Shown one piece after another: positions 57,146 to 64,000 of a DNA stretch of 64,000 nucleotides; position 1 is the first letter of the stretch, and each line of letters begins with the position of its first letter. The notes below the pieces were generated by a model, which saw nothing but the letters and a program-made list of their open reading frames with translations, did not search any database and was not told the origin of the DNA. Both the position numbers and the translations under genes were made by a program. The DNA lies in sequence record PZ495249.1; one strand, given 5' to 3'. The DNA comes from a phage.

Positions 57146-57639
57146 TAACAGACAGGAAAAGATAGGGTTTTAAGGGTTAGGGTTAATATAGATAGGCTGA
57201 TAACGGTTTCAGATAGTTATTGTTTCCGGTGTCAGATATGGCGGGGCTTATGGTTAGGATGATAATCATTAAAGGTGAGATAATAACAGTGATTTACTGT
57301 TAGTTGAGTAAGTAAAAGGGAGGTTTCAGGGTGTTAAATACGAATAGTTCCTATTCTCACATTATGCAATGAAAGTGAATAAATAAGCATAGAAAAGTAG
57401 TCAAATGAGAGGCATTATCAATAATGCCGATATTTCCCCGAAAAGGTGGCTTTGTGCTATGCGCGTGATGCTTCGCATCCATTTTAAGCGGTCTAAAACG
57501 CTCTCTGTGAGGCGCAAGACTCACCCCTGGCACTTGATCAAAGGTGCTTAGAAAACGCCATAACGCGATTTATGCACTTTTCGGCTGTGAGTGATTTCGA
57601 TAGGCAGAATCTATGATTCCAGCTATCACGGATCAGGAG

Positions 57640-57670
57640 GCAAAAAGAAAGGGCGCTTTGTGCGCCCTGG
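57640..57670 (-). terminator. rho-independent terminator for right-hand minus-strand block
   Basis: Hairpin GGGCGC-TTTGT-GCGCCC followed on minus strand by TTTCTTTTT. Confidence 0.55.
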
Positions 57671-57689
57671 TGTGATTAGATGGTTTCTG

Positions 57690-58049
57690 TTAGATTGTGC
57701 CTGTAACGTCGATCCAATAGGATAAATCAATTGTTCCTTTCTCTTTGATTTTTTCCATCAGGCGCTCGGCGCGGTTGGTGCTGTTGATATAATAATCAAA
57801 CATTTCTCCGGTTTCTTCGTCCTCTAATGTTTCGATTCGACCGATGATCACATGGTCCAGGGCGTAAACCTTGCCAGTGTACCAGTTAGTGAGATGAATC
57901 TCGCACTTATAATCATCTGATCCGCTGTCAATGGTTACAACGTCGATTAAATCACCTTTAAACACTGACAGGCTCCACATTGGATCGTTATCCACTACAC
58001 CGCCAAAATCTTTGCCTTTGATAGTAGTTGCCAGGTTAATGATAGTCAT
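57690..58049 (-). CDS. hypothetical protein
   Basis: Track ORF. Confidence 0.5.
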   Translation of the reverse strand: MTIINLATTIKGKDFGGVVDNDPMWSLSVFKGDLIDVVTIDSGSDDYKCEIHLTNWYTGKVYALDHVIIGRIETLEDEETGEMFDYYINSTNRAERLMEKIKEKGTIDLSYWIDVTGTI

Positions 58050-58171
58050 GGTGATTTCCTCGTTTACCGTTTTTCGTTTGGGCTGTTCTGCCCCTCTGAA
58101 AGTAATATTAAGCTATCTTGATTCATCCGTCAATAGTTAATTGTGTAAAGATGCAAAATAAATTTTGTGAA

Positions 58172-58186
58172 TGAGAATCATTCTCA
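58172..58186. promoter_or_regulatory. second copy of TGAGAATCATTCTCA palindrome
   Basis: Identical to 56376-56390; upstream (minus sense) of 57690..58049. Confidence 0.5.
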
Positions 58187-58443
58187 AATTATATTTCACG
58201 TAGCTCCCGTGTGTTTCCTTCGGTTTCATCGTTGCCGCCTCTATAAACATCATAACAAAACCAGGACAAAAAGCAAGCCCTGGAATTGTAAAGATTTAGT
58301 TAATCCACAAATTGATAATGGATATTGCTTCCTTTTCATCCTGTGCGTTCAAGTACAGATCTCGCACTATGATCAGCCTGTTACGGTCATCAAGATCTTT
58401 AACCTTCTCCCATTGCAGGGCATAAACCAGGGCTTCACGCATA

Positions 58444-58776
58444 TCATTGAACATAGTTACCTCTTTTTATTTCGCCTTCTTTCGGTAAAAGTAGCAGGTC
58501 TTTTGCGTTGTGTCCAGTGTAGCGGATCTGCTCCAGGGCCTCATCTATAGCGAAAATCTTCGCTTGTAGTTCACGCTGTCTTTCAATCAAGGCAAGTTGT
58601 AAGTTGTTTACGGCTTCGCCTGGTGTGGCTCCTGTGCTTTCGATCTCACCGTTGCCAGCGCCTGGCATAGCTCCCGCCTTGCTGCTGGCTGTATAATGTC
58701 CACGTTTAGACCAATACACCCTAAACCCTGGCATGTTGAAAACATACTTTTTCAGGATATTGCAAAAGATAATCAT
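58444..58776 (-). CDS. hypothetical protein
   Basis: Track ORF 58444..58797 trimmed to ATG with GAGGAA RBS. Confidence 0.45.
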   Translation of the reverse strand: MIIFCNILKKYVFNMPGFRVYWSKRGHYTASSKAGAMPGAGNGEIESTGATPGEAVNNLQLALIERQRELQAKIFAIDEALEQIRYTGHNAKDLLLLPKEGEIKRGNYVQ

Positions 58777-58781
58777 TCTCG

Positions 58782-59045
58782 TTATTCCTCGATCCAATCT
58801 AACGTTTCACAATATAACTTCGCTGTCAAGTGCTGCACGTAAAATTCATCTTTCGCCCACTCCCTAACAGCCTGATCGAAAGTAGGGTAATCGTAGGCGC
58901 TTGCCTCTTCGGTATTGTGCCACGGGTAAAGCGCGTTATATACCGTTTCAAGCGCTGCGCGTTGCTGCTCAAAGGTCATTGACTCAGGATCATAACATAC
59001 GGGCAAATTGTGCATTGTAAAGCCCTCAAAAATAGTAAATGTCAT
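58782..59045 (-). CDS. hypothetical protein
   Basis: Track ORF. Confidence 0.45.
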   Translation of the reverse strand: MTFTIFEGFTMHNLPVCYDPESMTFEQQRAALETVYNALYPWHNTEEASAYDYPTFDQAVREWAKDEFYVQHLTAKLYCETLDWIEE

Positions 59046-59211
59046 CAGTTACGTGGATCACAATCTGATTAGATTTAAAGTCCACAGAAAATTCACTGGT
59101 GTAATAGTTTGCTGTTTTCGTTGATATAGTTTGCGCCCCTATTGGATTGATCGGGGATGTGATTTCCTCTAACGTGTTACCCGTTGCACTTACTATCAGA
59201 ATGTTGAACAT
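59026..59211 (-). CDS. hypothetical protein
   Basis: Track ORF. Confidence 0.4.
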   Translation of the reverse strand: MFNILIVSATGNTLEEITSPINPIGAQTISTKTANYYTSEFSVDFKSNQIVIHVTDDIYYF

Positions 59212-59256
59212 GTTATCACCTCAAAGGCGGGGAACCGTAGCGGCTCCCCTTATTGG

Positions 59257-59613
59257 TTAGATGGCTGTTTCCAGGAGTTTAGCCAAATCGTTAATTAAAA
59301 AGTAAGGCTTGACAATTTCGAATTTACCGGATTTAAGGATCTCCGCTTTCATTTCGTCATGTTCTGCCTTTGTCAACGTGAAACGCCCCGCGCTATGGTG
59401 CGCCCAATATTTACCGCTTACGCGCTCAAAAGATACGCTTTCAATGGTAATGATAGTCATCATTTCAGCCGCTCCGCTCTCTACGCGAACCATCAGATCA
59501 GCCAGGGAAGATACGCACACCGCGCCGCTTTCGTATGTGCCATTGTTGGCATCAGTGAAAGTGATCAGGGATTTACCTTCTTTGATGGTTACTGGAAAAG
59601 TTACGTTTTTCAT
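59257..59613 (-). CDS. hypothetical protein
   Basis: Track ORF. Confidence 0.5.
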   Translation of the reverse strand: MKNVTFPVTIKEGKSLITFTDANNGTYESGAVCVSSLADLMVRVESGAAEMMTIITIESVSFERVSGKYWAHHSAGRFTLTKAEHDEMKAEILKSGKFEIVKPYFLINDLAKLLETAI

Positions 59614-59698
59614 GATGTTATCCTTTGAGGATGGACGGGGAACCGCTCCCCGCCCTACGCATTAACTATAACAAACGGTGATCAGCGTTGCAAGCGAT

Positions 59699-60082
59699 TT
59701 ATAAATAAATTTTGCCATCGTCGCCAACATAGGGATCGGCTTCGCCGTATGTCTGCGCTAACGTGGTGAGGCGCTCCCCTAAATCACCCAATCCACGATC
59801 CCAGAATCCCGCGCCGTGATGGTTGCGAGTTAACCAGAAGTCATGCCCCGCATACGCGTATGCGCCGCCGTCGCCTTTCCCGTACCATTCAGGCAGATCA
59901 GCCAGGAGGTTAGCCCCTGCAAATAAGAATGATTCGCAATCCTCTTTAACTTTGCGCATCGCTTCGGTGGAAAGTTCGAACCCTTCCAGGCTCTCCAGAT
60001 CTTCGCCGTCCTGGTCTGTCCCGCTGCTACTCCATAACATGCAAACGATATAAGCATTGATGAAAATTTCTTTGTTGGTCAT
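59699..60082 (-). CDS. hypothetical protein
   Basis: Track ORF 59699..60100 trimmed to ATG (MTNKEIF...). Confidence 0.5.
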   Translation of the reverse strand: MTNKEIFINAYIVCMLWSSSGTDQDGEDLESLEGFELSTEAMRKVKEDCESFLFAGANLLADLPEWYGKGDGGAYAYAGHDFWLTRNHHGAGFWDRGLGDLGERLTTLAQTYGEADPYVGDDGKIYL

Positions 60083-60083
60083 G

Positions 60084-60311
60084 TTACACCCCAAAATCAA
60101 AACTATTGAATAAACTTTCAGCTTTTGTCAATGCCAGATCATCCCACTCAGTAAAAAACGCTTTACAGGTGGCTTTACCGTTAACGAAACTTGAAACCTC
60201 ATACACAATGAAACCATTTTCAAGTATAGATGATAATGTAACTTTATTACCGTTTTTCTCGTTTACCTTGATTGTGCTTTCCATCTTATCACCTGTTTTA
60301 TTCTGTATCAT
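60084..60311 (-). CDS. hypothetical protein
   Basis: Track ORF. Confidence 0.45.
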   Translation of the reverse strand: MIQNKTGDKMESTIKVNEKNGNKVTLSSILENGFIVYEVSSFVNGKATCKAFFTEWDDLALTKAESLFNSFDFGV

Positions 60312-60366
60312 GTTTCGATGAATTTATAATACTTGCACCCCACTCGAAACGCAAGCATTATTTTAA

Positions 60367-60651
60367 CTAATTTGAAGATCCGCAACGGTCGCAATAATGA
60401 TCATCATCCTCATCATCTGCCACCTGTCCAACAAAATGATCTACTTTCGCTTTGAGGCTGTTATAATTGTTTTGCACTTCCTGGAACCGCTCCTGGTAGT
60501 ATTCCAGGGCCTCAAAGAGCGCCGCTTCGCTGCTCTTCGCTCTCATTGACAGATTCATCCCGCGCGTTTCGTCATACAGCCAGAACCCGTCTGTGCATTC
60601 AGCAATTGAGATTGTAGCAGACAATTTTTTACTATTCAATACTTTACTCAT
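60367..60651 (-). CDS. hypothetical protein with C-terminal Cys motif
   Basis: Track ORF. Confidence 0.45.
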   Translation of the reverse strand: MSKVLNSKKLSATISIAECTDGFWLYDETRGMNLSMRAKSSEAALFEALEYYQERFQEVQNNYNSLKAKVDHFVGQVADDEDDDHYCDRCGSSN

Positions 60652-60652
60652 C

Positions 60653-60946
60653 TTATTTTGCCTCGGTTGGTAAATGTTTTCTTTCTGGTTCTAATAGTAC
60701 ACGGGTATTATAAGAGAGTAAATAGGTGATCGCGCTTTTCTTCGTGTTGTACTTCTCCGCGATCTGCGCTGGTTTCATCCCGCCGAACTTATGCAGGGCG
60801 CGAATCTCTAATACCTGCTGATCTGTCCAGGTGATTTTACGCCCTCGCATATCTTGCTTAGGCTCCTTTCTTTTGTACGGCTCAACACTGATCGCCATAT
60901 TAACGAGGGATTGACGCAATTTTAAATTTTTGTTAGATGTTAACAT
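60653..60946 (-). CDS. hypothetical protein, possible HTH DNA-binding
   Basis: Track ORF; basic, helix-turn-helix-like segment. Confidence 0.45.
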   Translation of the reverse strand: MLTSNKNLKLRQSLVNMAISVEPYKRKEPKQDMRGRKITWTDQQVLEIRALHKFGGMKPAQIAEKYNTKKSAITYLLSYNTRVLLEPERKHLPTEAK

Positions 60947-60991
60947 GTTTCACCCTTTCAATGTTGGCGGCATTGCTGCCGCCTTTGCTGC

Positions 60992-61291
60992 TTATCGTTT
61001 CATAAAATCAATGGCGCTGGTCAGTTGGCTTACGCCGCCTTTCACCTGCTCAGTGATAAGATAGTAGCTCTTTTCCTTCATTGGTGCAAGCGTTATTTTC
61101 CTGATCTCCGCTTTATATTTCGCGGTCACTTTTGCCCCTAACTGATACCCCTTGATCGCGCCCTCAATTGTTGCTAACTGCTGGTTATGAGTTTTATAGA
61201 TAAACTCCGGTTTAAACTCCTGGCGCTGGCAAGCGATCAGAGTGTTGTTAGCAATAGCGCGTAAAGTTGAAAGGAGTTGTAAAGGTTGCAT
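60992..61291 (-). CDS. hypothetical protein
   Basis: Track ORF 60992..61348 trimmed to ATG with GAGGAA RBS. Confidence 0.45.
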   Translation of the reverse strand: MQPLQLLSTLRAIANNTLIACQRQEFKPEFIYKTHNQQLATIEGAIKGYQLGAKVTAKYKAEIRKITLAPMKEKSYYLITEQVKGGVSQLTSAIDFMKR

Positions 61292-61390
61292 ATTGTTTTC
61301 CTCGTTAGTGGTCGGCATCATTGCCGCCCCACAAAATAAGGATAGCAAAACGCCCCAGGGAGATCAAGCCCCAGGGCGAAATAATTCGAT

Positions 61391-61627
61391 TTATTTTTGT
61401 TGCTGGTGTACCAGCTTTAAACCGCGTAAGGCTTGCGCCTTTGTTGGGTGATAACTGGCGCTCTCACGGTTCAAGCCTGAATGAGTCCAGATAAAACCGC
61501 TTTTTGTTTCGCGAATATATCCGATCAGGCGGTTGTATTCCTCTACCGTTCCAGCGTGGATCACTTCGCTGATCTCCCACATACGATCAGGGAATTTTTT
61601 CTTAATGAGAATGCTTTTCGTTTTCAT
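61391..61627 (-). CDS. hypothetical protein
   Basis: Track ORF. Confidence 0.45.
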   Translation of the reverse strand: MKTKSILIKKKFPDRMWEISEVIHAGTVEEYNRLIGYIRETKSGFIWTHSGLNRESASYHPTKAQALRGLKLVHQQQK

Positions 61628-61866
61628 TTGTGGCCTCGTTTCATCACTTTAATAGCTTTAATGCCTTTACTTTCGAACCATTCCGGCGTGCGCATTTGCG
61701 CGGCGCTGCTACGGCTTTTCACCTTGTTAGACAATACACCGTAATAAGTGCCATCAGGATATTGACCGATGAAATAGTGATCTTTAACGCCATATTTCGC
61801 ATCACCTGCTTTCTCAATCGCTGCTGCCAGTTGGTCTAAGTTAAACATGATGATAATCTCTCTCAT
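61624..61866 (-). CDS. hypothetical protein
   Basis: Track ORF. Confidence 0.45.
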   Translation of the reverse strand: MREIIIMFNLDQLAAAIEKAGDAKYGVKDHYFIGQYPDGTYYGVLSNKVKSRSSAAQMRTPEWFESKGIKAIKVMKRGHK

Positions 61867-61940
61867 TTAGGCGGGAACCATTCCCGCCGCCCTATGTGAT
61901 GAATTATGCGCCCTTTCCCTCGGCGCGTCAACTATTATTT

Positions 61941-62396
61941 TTAGTAGTCTGTCAGATTTTCAGGGTTAAGGAATGGGAAGTGATGATCAAGCGTCAACCG
62001 ATCCCATTGCGCTAAATTGTGCTCTGCTGTACGCTTCACCGCTAACCCGCGCTCAATTTTCGCGGCGGCTTCGTCGATCCAGGTTTGGCACATGGTACGC
62101 GCTCGCATCATGAAAACGGATTCACCAGGATAAGTCTGTAAGTGATCCATTTCCTCAAGCGCAGCCATATAATCCCGAAAGGCTTCACGCGCTACGTGTT
62201 GACCTTCACCGAATTTTGAATGATGGTAAAAATAGTTGGTCTTATCCATAAATTCAGGTTCAATCTGGTAGGCGCTTTCCACGTCCTCAATTTTGCCATC
62301 CAGGACGATCACGCCCTCGCCACGTAAGGCGGTTACAACGTGGATCTTACGCTCGTTTAAACTGATAACCTTTTGACCTACGCAGAATTTATTCAT
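61941..62396 (-). CDS. hypothetical protein
   Basis: Track ORF 61941..62492 trimmed to ATG with GAAGGA RBS. Confidence 0.5.
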   Translation of the reverse strand: MNKFCVGQKVISLNERKIHVVTALRGEGVIVLDGKIEDVESAYQIEPEFMDKTNYFYHHSKFGEGQHVAREAFRDYMAALEEMDHLQTYPGESVFMMRARTMCQTWIDEAAAKIERGLAVKRTAEHNLAQWDRLTLDHHFPFLNPENLTDY

Positions 62397-62751
62397 GGTG
62401 CAATCCTTCGGATTTTCTGGCGTTGCACTATTGCCCCGCCCTATGTGATAAATAATAGCACGTAGCCGAAAGGATGCAACCCTTTTCTGCAATCTTTACA
62501 ATATTCACTTTATTGCATAGAAATGCACCCGTATGCAAATAATCACACGGTGAAACTAAATTTAAGACGCTTTGAGCGTTTTGGGAAAAGTCAATACCCC
62601 GTAAAACGCTCTAAAACGCCCCCTAAGAGGCTCTAACCGTTTCCCGTACCCTTGATCATTCTCTCCCTGATCTCGCTAAATTCACTTTTTTGCATAACGC
62701 AAAAATGAAAAATAATTGCGGGAACTCTTGACAAGCTCCCGCTCTTGTGAA

Positions 62752-62985
62752 TCAATCGAGGCGTGAAACGATGTAGTATAGATCTTGCTCTTTGTCGAAC
62801 AATTGAGAATCTTTCTCATCTATCAAATTACGGATCGCCATCAAGTGATCATTGGCTGGAATTTGTGCTGTACCTAATTGAGAAGCAATCTCATTAAGTA
62901 AACGCTGCGCGGTGTCGATAGCGTGGCGCTGCTGTCTTACGGTCGCATAGTCAAGTGCTGATTTTTTGATTGACACGTTAGCCAT
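62752..62985 (-). CDS. hypothetical protein
   Basis: Track ORF. Confidence 0.45.
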   Translation of the reverse strand: MANVSIKKSALDYATVRQQRHAIDTAQRLLNEIASQLGTAQIPANDHLMAIRNLIDEKDSQLFDKEQDLYYIVSRLD

Positions 62986-63219
62986 TTTCTGATCTCCAGG
63001 TTAAACGATGTTTCAGGATAGTAAAGAAAATAATACAATGAGCGCTAAAAAGTAAGATGCAATTTTGCACATTTTCGCCCCTTCCTCATAGGCAGGGTTT
63101 ACTGTGCTGTATTCCACTTGATAACGTTTCATTGGTTTACCCTCTCATGATAACCACCGCAAAAACCATTATCCATAACACGGCGGCAAAAGCAAGTTTT
63201 ATTTTAGTGTCACGTTCCA

Positions 63220-63510
63220 TCATGCCACCACCTGGAAAACATCATTGACAATTGCAGCCACGAAAGACGGCGCACAATTTGCCGGAAAAGGCAAGGAAAA
63301 ATCCTGGCTTGTTTCGTTATCAGTAGTTATCAAATGATAAGCTAATGAATAATAACCTTTCTTCACTTCTTTCAGACTGAGGATCAAAAGCGCCCCGTTG
63401 TTACCATCGCGTAACATTGCGATCAGCGTGTCGCCGTCCTGGTGTCTCTCCACCGTCACCGCATCACTGCTTACACCGCTAAACATAAGTAAAGATTTTG
63501 CCTGTTCCAT
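63220..63510 (-). CDS. hypothetical protein
   Basis: Track ORF. Confidence 0.45.
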   Translation of the reverse strand: MEQAKSLLMFSGVSSDAVTVERHQDGDTLIAMLRDGNNGALLILSLKEVKKGYYSLAYHLITTDNETSQDFSLPFPANCAPSFVAAIVNDVFQVVA

Positions 63511-63563
63511 TTTCTGCCCCTGTTGTTACTGTCATTACAGCTTAACCGTGATCGGCTCGTTTG

Positions 63564-63950
63564 TCAACTCTTTAAGTAATAACATTGCGCCATCGTGTAA
63601 ACGGTCATTTTGCCGATCATATCTTCAATCGCTCTTGTCATCAGGGGATTAACCTGATAAGGGGCATAATTGCCCCGCGCATTCTGTGCCACCCGCGCCG
63701 CTATAAGCTCGCATGATGCATCAGGATTATTATTGAGAACGGGTATCATTTGAGAATTTAATGCATTCTCAAAAGTTTTAGATAGATTGTAAGATCGTAA
63801 CGTTGCGTTAGTGTCGCCCGAAACTATCAGCATCTTTTCAATGCTGGCTCTGAGATCACGGCTTGCGCTCATTGCGTCGATCTCGGTGTCTGCTGCTGTT
63901 GCATTTAGGCTTACTGCCGCCAGGATAGCGGCGATGATAATCTTTTTCAT
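63564..63950 (-). CDS. secreted/periplasmic hypothetical protein (signal peptide)
   Basis: Track ORF; MKKIIIAAILAAVSLNATAADT; GGAGGAGGG RBS. Confidence 0.5.
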   Translation of the reverse strand: MKKIIIAAILAAVSLNATAADTEIDAMSASRDLRASIEKMLIVSGDTNATLRSYNLSKTFENALNSQMIPVLNNNPDASCELIAARVAQNARGNYAPYQVNPLMTRAIEDMIGKMTVYTMAQCYYLKS

Positions 63951-64000
63951 TTATCCCTCCTCCGGCGGTTATCGCCTCATGTGATCACTATGCGCCAACC

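Larger units (their letters stand above)
55850..57447. repeat. dispersed TTCCCCGAA(A) motif, at least 6 copies
   Basis: Copies near 55850, 56152, 56161, 56208 (variant), 57053, 57436. Confidence 0.5.

Noticed and set aside
55850-57447. CRISPR array
   Set aside because: The repeats are short (9-18 bp), irregularly spaced and of several unrelated kinds; no regular repeat-spacer periodicity and no cas genes.
56100-57690. Possible tRNA gene cluster in the large non-coding region
   Set aside because: Scanning by eye found no T-loop (GGTTCGAATCC-like) motif, no cloverleaf-compatible 70-90 nt units and no CCA ends; the repeats look like protein-binding sites. A tRNA scan would settle it.
57690-63950. 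Right-hand block as contaminating host or lambdoid prophage DNA
   Set aside because: GC appears somewhat higher and the proteins are unrecognised, but gene size, orientation, tight packing and hairpin-punctuated organisation continue the phage pattern; kept as phage accessory genes pending composition analysis.

Overview
This window reads as an early/accessory region of a large virulent tailed phage (Caudoviricetes) infecting an enterobacterium; no capsid, tail or terminase genes are present. All coordinates for features not in the ORF track (promoters, terminators, repeats, small ORFs) were counted by eye and may be off by a few nt; no database search, tRNA scan or fold calculation was run. 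Layout: (i) 1-2140, a minus-strand NAD+ salvage unit (NadV/NAMPT truncated by the window edge, PRPP synthetase) with a sigma70-like promoter; (ii) 2356-38718, about 75 plus-strand genes in units bounded by TTGACA-N17/18-TAnnnT promoters and GC-hairpin terminators, encoding nucleotide metabolism (NrdA, NrdB, ThyX-like, glutaredoxin, HAD nucleotidase), DNA transactions (ligase-like, FEN/RNase H, DnaQ-like exonuclease, RdgC-like, HNH), T4-type lysozyme, PhoH, two phosphatases, an orphan HslV-like peptidase, a serine recombinase, two methyltransferase-like proteins, a Zn-less SIR2 protein and a complete host-like rmlBACD dTDP-L-rhamnose operon; (iii) 38893-56069, about 55 small minus-strand genes, mostly unknown, including a GT-A glycosyltransferase, two lipoproteins and several tandem paralog families; (iv) 56100-57690, a repeat-rich non-coding hub; (v) 57690-63950, small minus-strand genes with apparently higher GC and a recurring GC-rich hairpin motif. 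The most interesting candidates are the rml operon plus glycosyltransferase, the SIR2-containing unit at 34-38.8 kb alongside the NadV/Prs module, and the non-coding hub.
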